A stretch of DNA of 64,000 bases from Ylistrum balloti (lineage: Eukaryota): the NCBI RefSeq assembly GCF_031769215.1, contig NW_026782404.1, positions 186,001 through 250,000 on the forward strand. The letters run 5' to 3'. The notes below the pieces were generated by a model that was given only the letters and a program-made list of their open reading frames with translations, had not been told where the DNA came from and made no database searches. Below, piece after piece: positions 26,401-37,149 of this stretch. The translations under genes were made by a program, and so were the position numbers. Within the stretch, counting starts at the first letter, position 1; every line of letters starts with the position of its first letter.

Positions 26401-29400
26401 TAAAATCAAATGCCTCTTACAACTATTTGGATAGTCTTGACATGACTATCTTATCAAAAAGTGAATTGAAACACTGTTGTTCTTTGACATTACACATGCC
26501 AATATCCTGTGGTCCATGTATTCTAATTGCTTGTAATACAGAGTTGAGGCCTGTAATTGTGTCAGAAGGCACAAGCATGGTGTTATGGCATGATGTGTAA
26601 GAAATCATACTAAATCAATGATAATTAAGTGACATGAATGTGGTTAATTTGATGGTATCAATTGCTTACAATTGTCATTTATAGCCTGTTAAGACCCACA
26701 GCAATCATTGTCCATGTGAATATTAGTGACCACATGGAGCGATTATTGTGACATCAACATCTTTATCCATACTTATATGTGCAGTGTCATGATATGTTTG
26801 AAAAATTTGAATTTTAAATGAAACAGACTAGAGAGGGTTCAAACTATCACTAGACAGAAAATAATTGTTTTTATCAAAAACATCATATGTTCTAAATTTC
26901 CCTGCCTATTCGAATTGACAAAAGGTTTGCCAAAATCACTTTCACGGCTGTCCACTACAAATCATGTACCAGTATTAGTTGCTCCTAACATGGATTAAAT
27001 TACTGGTACATTATTGTACCTGTAGGTACATTGCACATGTTCTGATACACATTAAGATACTGATATAACATCTATGGTGTGTCATAAAATCTATATTTCC
27101 TCTGTTGAAGATCTTAGGAACAATGCCAATAAGTTCTGAGATCTATGGGAGATAAGCTCTCTGGTGAGTGTAACCTTTGAGAAATTAACCTTTGATATAT
27201 TTCTACCTACCAGGCCAATCACACTGGAATATTGAGATTCATAGGGTATTATCTTTATGGTCAAAGATTCATATCAGTTTTACTGCCACAGTTTATTCTG
27301 TAGTCTCTCAGAGATTACCTCCATAGTGTGACCCTGATTGGCTCGTATCATCAATCGCTTGTTTTCTGGATTTCGCTTGAGAGCAAATCTCTGTTTGTCA
27401 TTGTTTGCAACAACTCGTTCAACATCATCAATTCGAAAATCTTGGAGGGAAGGAAGTTTTAAAACATCCTCTACAAAAAGGAAACCACCTGAAAAAACAA
27501 GTGTTAAGATACAAAGCTGAAGATATGTACCAGAGTTAATATTCACTAATTATGATTTCAATACAAATTGATTCTTTAAAAAAGTCTTCCATCATATTTT
27601 ATTTTTTCCAAAAATCTTTCATCATATATTTTTCTATATATATAAACCATTATATAGCATTGCTATGGTGTAACCTTACCAAAACCAGATGTGTATTACC
27701 AACTCATGAACTGCCGATGGCATATACATGTATATTGCATGAGAAAAAAAATTATGTTGCCTCCCCTTAAAATGGGATAAAATTGAAAATGATAAATATA
27801 GGCATTGAACTACCTTAAGTTGGCAATCATGGGCAACATTAAATACTTAAATACATATAGATAGACTCTTGATTCGTTCCATTAACACCCCTCTGAATCC
27901 AAATCATTATTACATTCTTAACGACCCATCAACACATAAAAGGTCATTAGGGCTGAATTGAAGGCAAAGGAGTTTAAGGGACTGTTTCTGAGATGAACTC
28001 AGTAGATTTGAATGCCAATTCTAATAATCAGTACCATATTTGATAAACTAGCTTTACTCAGATAATCCATGAAACTGGACAGGTAGTGCTTTTCAACTGC
28101 CAAATGTACAAGATTATATCAGATATATATAGGAAAACAAAGAAGAACACACGGTACTGATAAATAGCTTTTTGAAATACAAATTTATACTATCAAAGTA
28201 AAACATAACTATGGTATTACTGCCTCACAAATTTCAATACAGAAATATTCAAAATATGATCATCTGATGTTTGAGTTTGTAGCAAATAGCTCAAGAGACA
28301 ATGACACTACAAAAACAAAGGTGGGGTATAATAACGTTGCCTGCAGTTTTTGTTTTACTTTACACTGCAATTAGTACCTGGCATTAAGGTGAATCCCTCC
28401 TTCTCTGCTCCATGGCGCAGAAGAAATGATAGCTTCTTTGAGAGATGGAAATCAGAATTGGAATCCTATGAACAGAAAAATACCATACATGTAATGATGA
28501 CTTTTTCATCAATAAGAAGTACTAACATGGTAGACCTAATGTTGATTTTGTCAAACTGTTTCCATACCTTATGTTATTAACAAAGAAAGGACAAACATTT
28601 CACCAGTGATATATTGATTTAAGCTGACATGCAAGTTAAAAAAAATCCATGCTGAGATAAAAAAAAAAATAATATACATTTTTTAGAATGCTTTCGAGAC
28701 CTCCCCTATGCTAAAAATATATTCTTGTCATTGTATCTAAGGAAGTGGCAGACATTTTGGTTTAAGCCTTGCTTGGAAATGTGTACAGGCATCCCAGGGT
28801 ATAAAAGGCATGCAACCTGTTGAACCAGTTATCATAATTTCAATGTCAGCACAACGCCACTAAGACATACATTGCATGAGAACATTTACTCGCTCCTATT
28901 TTTTTTCATCCAAGTGACTGAATAACCTGGAAATGGATGTTGAACATGAATCTATTACAAACAGATACAATATTAGCCAAACAACTGAAGTACACATTTA
29001 TTTACATTACAATTTACACACCTTGAGCTGTGCATTTGGGAGGAAACAACACATGATATATCAACAAATGAACATCCACGATAAACCCTCCCTTGTTTTC
29101 CAGAGTGCAGACATAAATTCTTGCGTATTAAGCTTGACTACTTCCTATTATTTCTTCACAAAAAGAGTTCACTAGTAAAATTTCAGACAATCTACAACAG
29201 GTCACCACTTCACATGGGTTTTACTGGTCAAGCATTGTAACAGGGTCATAATTAATTAGTTATTATACTGATTGTCAAATATAATAAATAAAATATTTTA
29301 TATTTATTTGTCGTTTAGTACAATATACAGAATTTGTTGTTTTATACTTACTTGTATATTATCTGTAAAATTCGCGTTACGTTTTGCCTGTCAATGTATA

Positions 29401-32400
29401 GCAGTACGTATACTAGGTATAGCGTGAGTACGTTTCTTTTTTGGCGCTTTACATATGTATGTGTGCTGTACGTAAGTTGTGGTCAGCTACGGACTGGACT
29501 TGTTACACTTGACAAACTTTCACGAAGTTGCTAGATTGGTTGAAAGTTTCTGTCTTGTGGATTTCTTTTTCTGTCCTTAGTAATTCGGTATAGTTAATTT
29601 CTATCTCTCCGAGTGAATGGTTGGACTATTTTGTCAGTAACACTGTCCCTGTATATTTCAGGGTAAGTTTAATACTTTTTCTATTTCTAGTTTTTTCCCT
29701 AGTTTATCCCATCTGTTTGAATGAGTAATTGTGTAAGTGAAATATTAACAAATTATTTTAAAAGTGTAACTGCACAGTATATTGTGATCAGTATTTCATT
29801 TAATGTATATATATTTCTTGAAACGTTACGTTCTGTGATTATGTTGTATTTGAATATTGTAAGTAAGAATATGTATTGTATTCATTGTAGCATTTGCACC
29901 TGCTACTGTGATGTCAACCCCTCAACTAAATTATGTGGTATCATCTGTGTTGTGGCGTGTAACAATAATGCACGTAACATGTTGTAAGTGAACTTTTATA
30001 TATTTAATGTAATTGAATTATTTCATTGTAATGAATACTAATATATCTGTAAAGTTAAATGTGTATTGTGATACTGTTTTCACTTATTTGTTAAAGTTGT
30101 GATTTGTTGAAGATTAAATTGTCAGTAGATGTCAGATGTGTGTGAGAGTCTGATTTTGTTTTATCCTATATGTTACAGAATGTCTCTGTTTTAATAAATG
30201 TAAAACATCGAACCCAGCAGCTTTGTTATGACCATTCTGCTACAAATGGTGCCCATGTAGGGACCAAATTCTGATTGAGGGTCCGGACACAAGAGGGTTT
30301 ATACGCCTATGGACAAGATCATCAGAACCAAATTCCGCCACAACATTTTAACCCCAGGTACATCTGCCGGAAGACACCACTAACGGATGTTGTTGACAGC
30401 CACACATGTGTTTACCATTAGGCCTATAGGCTTCCATGGACAAGATTCTCCACTAGTGCTGTTTACCTGGAATTTTGACCTATGCTGAAGATGGATGATA
30501 AATTGTGACACTCCTGCAATGATGTGAATTATTTATGTTACCTTTCGTCTTTTCTATTTGGAGTTTTATGTTGTCACTTGTTTATTTTGTGCTATTTGAT
30601 CTATTTGTGATGTGCAATTCTGATGTGACTGTGAGTATGGAGGCCTTATTGTGCCTCTCTCCATCTGTTTCCCTGTTTCAGTAAGTATTGAGTATGGAGG
30701 CCTTATTGTGCCTCTGCCCATCTGTTTCCCTGTTTCAGTAAGTATTGAGTATGGAGGCCTTATTGTACCTCTGCCCATCTGTTTCCCTGTTTCAGTAAGT
30801 ATTGAGTATGGAGGCCTTATTGTGCCTCTGCCCATCTGTTTCCCTGTTTCAGTAAGTATTGAATATGGAGGCCTTATTGTGTCTCTTACCATATGTTTCC
30901 CTGTTTCAGTAAGTATTGAGTACGGAGGCCTTATTGTGCCTCTGCCCATCTGTTTCCCTGTTTCAGTAAGTATTGAGTACGGATTTCCCTGTTTCAGTAA
31001 GTATTGAGTATGGAGGCCTTATTGTGCCTCTGCCCATCTGTTTCCCTGTTTCAGTAAGTATTGAGTATGGAGGCCTTATTGTGCCTCTGCCCATCTGTTT
31101 CCCTGTTTCAGTAAGTATTGAGTATGGAGGCCTTATTGTGCCTCTGCCCATCTGTTTCCCTGTTTCAGTAAGTATCTGTTTCCCTGTTTCAGAGTATGGA
31201 GGCCTTATTGTGCCTCTGCCCATCTGTTTCCCTGTTTCAGTAAGTATTGAGTATGGAGGCCTTATTGTGCCTCTGCCCATCTGTTTCCCTGTTTCAGTAA
31301 GTATTGAGTATGGAGGCCTTATTGTGCCTCTGCCCATCTGTTTCCCTGTTTCAGTAAGTATTATTCCTATTCCTTTGGTTTATTTGGTCAATTTTGCAGT
31401 GTGTCTTTATTGGCTTGTTTTTATTTGCTGGTAGTTGAGGTACTGACCAAGACATAAGCTGACATTGCACTAACATGTCATATCCTGAGTGGGTTTGATC
31501 TTTATTGTTTGTGTGCTGAACTTTTGCGCTTGCGGTTCACTGCTTGATGCTTCACAGAGTTGATATAGATTACTTAACTTTTACTTAGTATTAATTGTGC
31601 AGCTATACATACCGTTACATTTTGGTTTGTTTTGTTTCTTAAGCTTCTGGACTTCGAAAATTTCTTTTCAGGCATTGTGTGCTTAACCATGTTGGAAATT
31701 ACTTTTATTTCAGCTTTTGTATTTCTATAATCAAAATTACTTGTGAATTTTTCACTTGGACATTGACTTGTATTCAAACTTAGTGTTGTTGTACTTTGTT
31801 TTTCAGCTACCTGTATTTTGTGCATTTTTGTAATTTTGCAGATAATTTGTGGACTTTTTGAAATGTTTTAATCCTTACCATTTGGATTTGCTTATTATTT
31901 GTGTGTCTTGACAACATCCCTCACTCTTGGACTCGGATATATGCGATGGACTACATGGACAGATGGGCTGTGTTCTTTAGTTCTATCACATTTTTAAAAT
32001 ATATTTTTGGATAGCTGAGAAGTATTGATCATCATCACGCAACTTTGAAGTCATCAAGTGAGTGCACTCTTTTTTTTTTGGTCATCCGTACTTTTAATCA
32101 TATAATATACAGGTGAGTTTCACTTCGGGCAGTCAATGTTGAAAGGTTGATAACTGGTTTGACAGGTCGTAGGCCTTTTATACCCTGGGATGCCTGTACT
32201 CGTTTCCAAGCAAGGCTTGGACTAAAATGTTGATCACCTCCTTAGATACACTGACCCAAAGATATTGATATCATAGGGGGCATTTTGGGAGTATTTGGGA
32301 AAGGGAAATTTTTGTTATCTCAAAATTAATTCTATTTAATTTGCATTGTCAGCTTTAACAAGCAAGGACTTTCTGTGTGTACTCATAATGAGCATAAGGT

Positions 32401-35017
32401 GTATACAGTACATACCAACCAACATTGGTGTCTATGATAATTGTGTACCTACCCTGTGTCTTCCTCCTCCACTGCCCTGACTACTGTTAGAATAGTAGCT
32501 CCTTTGACTCTGATCGCAATAAAACTGTCTGCTGTCTGTAAACATCATTGGATTAGGAGGTCCTGTGGGTCCATAACAATCTCTCTTCATCCCTCGACCA
32601 TATGGAGATTTATTTCTGGTTTTTGGACTGGGATTTCTGTGTCCTGATGTTGGACGTCCGAAATTGGCTCCCTGACTAGCATTGTGTGACCTTCCTCTTT
32701 CCTGAGGAGGAAGAGGATCATGGAAGTCTTCATTTGGACCACTGTTGTATTGCTGTCCGCTATTTGAATGACTTCGAATTTCATTTCCGGAACAGTAGAA
32801 TTCACCTCTTCTTCTTCTTCCTCCTCCAGGCCCATATTGAACATTGCCTTGATGTCCAGGTTCCCTACTGCAGCCATTATGAGGCAGCGGATTGGAGAAA
32901 AAAAAACATTATTGAACAATACATGCATCAATCTTTTCGAAAGGATACCAAATAAGCAAGCTTTTGAAAAGCTTTGTTATTGTAATATTTAGTTCCCTTC
33001 CAGACTACAATCTATATTAGAGTATAATACTTTTTACCTCTTGCACCAAAGTACAGAGGAAAAGTACCAGCTTGTCCAGTTGTCCATCTGTCTTCTGACT
33101 TAAACTTTTTCAATAATGCATTTGCTCATATGTCCAACGAAAAAATCTTAAAGGTTGTAATTGCTACTTTTGTACATGTTGTACCTTCTCAAAAATTGTT
33201 TGAATTTTGACCATAATTTTATGCAAGGTTATAACTGTTACAGGGTATAATCTGTATATGCTGCTATTTACTAATAGCTTATTACATATACAAAAATGTA
33301 TATACATAAGGGGGTTTATTAATGGTTATATGTATTTGGTTTTGCATTAATGTACAGTGTACGTATATATGGATGTATCATATGTTTTAGTGTTATGTAT
33401 TATGTCATGTCAAGTATGCATATTTTGACACCTCACTGTGGACTGACCACTTGTGTAGGTCGTGACCTTAGACAAGACTTGCTTTTCACTTGTAACCAGA
33501 CCCGGGCACTTCCACCCGAGATACACGCAGCAACGGTTTATATTACATTTATATTACACCTACGTCCCAAAGGGAATTTATAGGAAACCTCTGCATCACA
33601 GTTGTAGGGTAAATGTCTGTTGTATATAACTAATTCTAGTTATTTAGTAATTAGTTTCAAATTTTCTGTTTAATTATATATTTTACTATGCAGTTACGTT
33701 CTGTAGCCCATGTAGCCGGTTATTAATGAAATAAACTACTAGTTTGTATTGTTTTAGTCTGGTAAAGTTTAGTTGTTCAGAACTCTAATGTATAACATTT
33801 ATTCAACATTTCTAATTATGTAATTTGCACTATTTCGTAGCTTAACGTAAGTCTGTCATAGAGTTATTTCCCTTGTTTAAACATGGTCAGGTCTATAGTA
33901 TATATATGTATGTGTCAGAGAGTGAGAGTTTATTGTCTTTTTTCGTTTTACATTGCAGGGTTTTGTTTCTATTATTTAAGAAGGGGCAATCAAAATGCCG
34001 TGAGAACCCACCCAATGATCCTTGTGTTTCTTAGCTATAAACCAAGGACTGTAACATGACAACTGTGGACTTTGCATTTGACCAAGACTTACATAATCCA
34101 TCTCTAATATAATGAATGTTGTGTATTTACATGACAAATGATATTTGAATAGGGCACAATATATTAGATCATAAAATCCACAGTAATCTGTCTAAAACCA
34201 GATCTTTCATTTCACTCTGATACTCTACCTTCCTATGTTCCTTACACAGAAATGTAGAGTATCTGAGTGGACTGATCTGGTTTCAATCAGATTGTCATCA
34301 GCAGTTAATAATCATCTGTGCTAAGTTTGGTTCTTATGTCACAATAATTTTTGAAGTTGGCTTTCACAATTATTGTGGTATATTAACATAATGAATTAAA
34401 AACCAAGTAGAAACTACTGAGGTTGTTTTTAAACAACAAAATCTAAACCAGATTACAATGAGTTTTGATAGGTATTAATTGAGCTAATTAATTCAATAAT
34501 TGCTTATATTGTTTTGAATCAAAATTGTTAAGTGCAGTGTGTTCGGATGTGGTTTATAAACACCCATGGTTACTTTCAGTGCCACTATTGTGCACTTGCA
34601 TTTTATCTCCAAAAATAATGTTTTTCCATCAGTTTGAAATAAAGCCGTATTCATGACATTTGAAAAATCGACGTCATGACTGTATAGCTATAAATAACTA
34701 CAATTTTGACAGCTATAACTCAACACTGGTCTGACCTGGCATTATAAGTATATGATATTGGATTCCATTCTAAGGAAAGTTCATAAAAACAAAATATTAT
34801 AGAAGACACCATATGTGAACATAATAAATTCATCAAATGAATTAGATACCACTAATAAAAAGTAAATTATGCATGGGCGTGTGATAGCAGTGGTATGGAA
34901 TATTAACCGGACGAAATAGTGACCAGTAGCCAAGATTAACAAAGATTGTATTCAACAGTTTGCAATCCCGTAATTATATATTCCTTACCTTTGATGGTTA
35001 CGTTGATAATACGCCAT
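19035..35017 (-). CDS. TRPT1: tRNA 2'-phosphotransferase 1 with an N-terminal low-complexity region and a C-terminal inactive EXD1/Egalitarian-like exonuclease domain (~702 aa, 12 coding exons)
   Basis: Phase-consistent GT-AG exons: 35017-34989, 32867-32453, 28465-28378, 27488-27319, 25705-25607, 24652-24580, 23115-23059, 21771-21664, 21296-20937, 20437-20166, 19788-19702 and 19385-19035 (2109 nt in total, no internal stop). Tpt1 motifs: LSKKLSFLLRHGA, NDKQRF, IRANQGH, IHGT, GLSRMGRNHIHF, GMRSSCEV and DGLKFFRSANNVIL. Exon 1 is the least certain. Confidence 0.88.
22042..22535 (+). mobile_element. pearl/HINE-like non-autonomous element in TRPT1 intron 7
   Basis: Starts aagaggcctagtggcc...gtcacctgag, has an internal core with tttgacccc and tgtaattcacaattt, and ends in a terminal hairpin ggtcac...gtgacc followed by taaaaa. 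Confidence 0.6.
23750..24575 (+). repeat. 62-bp higher-order tandem array (2 x 31 bp, ~13 copies) starting 4 nt into TRPT1 intron 6
   Basis: Alternating gtaatacttttggttacctgaggtaaacatt and gtaatacttctgatgacctgatggtcacctt; period 62 (24304, 24366, 24428). Confidence 0.92.
25300..25545 (+). mobile_element. Fragment of the same pearl/HINE-like dispersed repeat family
   Basis: caagatggtcacgtggaagccattttg...tagggac...caaatgaaatttgagaaagatc resembles the element at 8480-8942; acagacaaacagac is microsatellite-like. Confidence 0.4.
26073..26204 (+). repeat. 68-bp perfect tandem duplication
   Basis: aaactactgctcagtaatagcattttctttaaaacaatatgtcgattataaaatgattttcatt occurs at 26073 and 26141. Confidence 0.9.
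29236..30264 (+). mobile_element. LTR (~1.0 kb) plus primer-binding site of a truncated LTR retroelement, probably Gypsy-like
   Basis: TGTAACA at 29236, aataaa at ~30192 and end tgcTACA at 30244. After 2 nt comes TGGTGCCCATGTAGGGAC (30247-30264), resembling tRNA-Lys-type PBS sequences. No gag/pol ORF or second LTR was found. Confidence 0.6.
30633..31363 (+). repeat. 57-bp tandem array (~12.5 copies, two internal partial units)
   Basis: Unit tattgagtatggaggccttattgtgcctctgcccatctgtttccctgtttcagtaag, period 57 (30661 and 30718). Confidence 0.95.
33236..34056 (+). mobile_element. Probable solo LTR (821 bp) in TRPT1 intron 1, inserted into a HINE-like repeat
   Basis: Inverted termini TGTTACA...TGTAACA; flanks taac/tgac give a 3/4 match to a 4-bp TSD. 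A gaaccca motif lies near the end, as in the LTR at 29236. The left flank has a HINE-like start tttttacctcttgc...agaggaaaag. Confidence 0.5.
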
Positions 35018-35186
35018 TATTCGTCGTTTCGCCGTCCCTGTTAATCGGTTTAATGTTTTTGAAGCATTCACTTTGTCGATGTGGCCGTTGCGTTAGCCTT
35101 GTGCAATTCTAAGAAATACTCCACAAATCGAAAGTAGGTTTTCGAATCACAACTCACGGCATTCTTCATTGGAAACTGAGTCGTAA

Positions 35187-35206
35187 ACTTTCACTTTCAA
35201 TTTCCA
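35187..35206 (-). promoter_or_regulatory. Triple IRF-type element (ISRE/IRF-E-like) at the TRPT1 5' end
   Basis: The minus strand reads TGGAAATTGAAAGTGAAAGT: three GAAANN half-sites including the IRF1/2/PRDM1 consensus GAAAGTGAAAGT, ~170 nt upstream of the proposed ATG. Confidence 0.45.
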
Positions 35207-35769
35207 CTGGTTTTTTTCCACTGGAAACAAATAAATCCGGCAATTTCCATCCAATGATTAAAGCAAGATAATGTTGTTACTATGTGTAAACATATCTATA
35301 ATGTACATATCACAGATGACATTGCTAACGCGCATTTACAGACACGAACTACAGCTGGACTGCTTGCGTTTATCAAGTTTTGGCGTAAATATAATTTACC
35401 GATGATACTTTAAATACTGTAGTTGTCTCGAATGAAATATGGATGTGATATAATATTGTTTTCTTGTACAAATTCTAAATCTGTTTACAACATCGTAATC
35501 GATATTAATATGAAAAGTTTGCTCAATCTTCTATTTAATGTTTGAGGAACGAGTCCGAACGGGTACTTTTCACAAAGGCTGGCGCTAACCGGTTAGACGA
35601 TTTACAAGATCGGGCAGGATCGAACAGGATCGGGCAGAACCGGGGTAGACTACGGCCGTTTAAATGATTTTTATGAATTTCTTTTGCATTGATATCGTCA
35701 TATGTTAAACATTATGACAAGTTTTTAAGGAAAAATGAAGAAGTATTACATAAAACACTCATATCTGTT

Positions 35770-36850
35770 TTGGTCGCGCAAGACAGGATCAGGTAGAATC
35801 GGTCGCTTTATATGTAGAATTTGGGCGTTAAATTGTTTTTAGTGTAATTATTGTGGTGTTAAATAATTTCAGTTAAAATATGACAGATTCCTATTAATTA
35901 AAAACGGCAAAAACATCGGATTTTTTTCGCAGAACGTAATGTGCCGCACAGGACCGAAAGACGATTTACAGGATCGGGCAGAATCGGCCGGTTTATAGGA
36001 AGAATTTGGACATTAAATTGTATTTTAGTGTAATTATTGTTGTGTTTAATAATTTCAGTTAAAATATGATGTTTCCTATTGATAAAAAACGGCCAAAACA
36101 TCGTATTTTTTTCGCAGAACATAATGTTCCGCACAGGACAGAAAGACGATTTACAGGATCGGGCAAAATCGGTCGATTTATATGAAGAATTTGGGCATTA
36201 AATTGTATTTTAGTGTAATTATTGTGGTGTTTAATAATTTCAGTTAAAATATGATGTTTCCTATTGATAAAAAACGGCCAAAACATCGGGTTTTTTTCGC
36301 AGAACGTAGTGTGCCGCACAGGACCGAAAGGCGATTTACATGATCGGGCAAAATCGGTCGGTTTATATGTAGAATTTGGGCATTAAATTGTCTTTTGTGT
36401 AATTAGTGTTGTGTTAAATGGTCTCAGTTAAAATATGATAGTTTCATATTGATTAAAAACGGCCCAAATATCGTAGTTTTTCGCAGAACGTAATGTGCCG
36501 CACAGGACCGAAAAACGATTTACAGGATCGGGCAGAATCGGCCGGTTTATATGAAGAATTTTGGCATTAAATTTGTTTTTTTTTTTTTTTTTTTGTAATT
36601 ATTGTTGTGTAAATTGGTCTTAGTTAAAATATGACAGTTTAACATTGATAAAAAACGGCCAAAATATCATATTTTTTCGCAGAACGTAATGTGCCGCACA
36701 GGACCGAATGACAATTTACTGGATCGGGCAAAATCGGCCAGTTTATAGGAAGAATTTGGGCATTAACTTGTTTTTTTTTGTGTGAAATTATTGTGGTGTT
36801 AAATGGTCTTGGTTAAAATATTTAAGTTTCATATTGATAAAAAATGCCAC
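35770..36850 (+). repeat. ~185-bp satellite-like tandem array (~5.5 copies)
   Basis: gtgccgcacaggacc recurs at 35941, ~36126, 36311, 36495 and 36691. Upstream, at 35585-35596, is a perfect palindrome ctaaccggttag. Confidence 0.9.
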
Positions 36851-37149
36851 TTTAAAATGTTGAAAAACCGTTTGTGCGGTTCCCCCGTTGACTTGTCGAG
36901 GCACCACTAGAATTGGATTTCCAGCGTCGTACGTTTTCACTATAAAAAGTCCAAAATGTACCTTCACCACACATGCGCAGTCTATTTACACTGTACACTA
37001 TACACAATGAATGTCTTAAAATCCGCATTGAGGCTAATATATATGGATCTGGGTGTTTTAACGAAGAGGTACACCTTGCGTTCGAGTTGACTTTACAGCT
37101 TATCTTGACTATTCACATGATTCAGGGCAAAATCGGTTGTGTCACCATG

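Noticed and set aside
21664-28465. Horizontal transfer of a bacterial kptA
   Set aside because: The gene has multiple canonical introns and eukaryote-type TRPT1 motifs.
30566-31434. ORFs of repeated MGRGTIRPPYSILTETGKQ or IEYGGLIVPLPICFPVSVS
   Set aside because: They arise from a 57-bp unit (a multiple of 3) that lacks stops in those frames; there are no recognisable domains or splice context.
32587-32931. Listed ORF MAAVGNLDIKAMFNMGLEEEEEEEV
   Set aside because: Wrong frame: the splice phases select a different, stop-free frame for TRPT1 exon 2.
36930-36985. TATA-like tataaaaag and tgcgca as the C1orf198 promoter
   Set aside because: It lies between the satellite and the decayed LINE 3' end and is probably LINE 3' UTR; there is no independent support.
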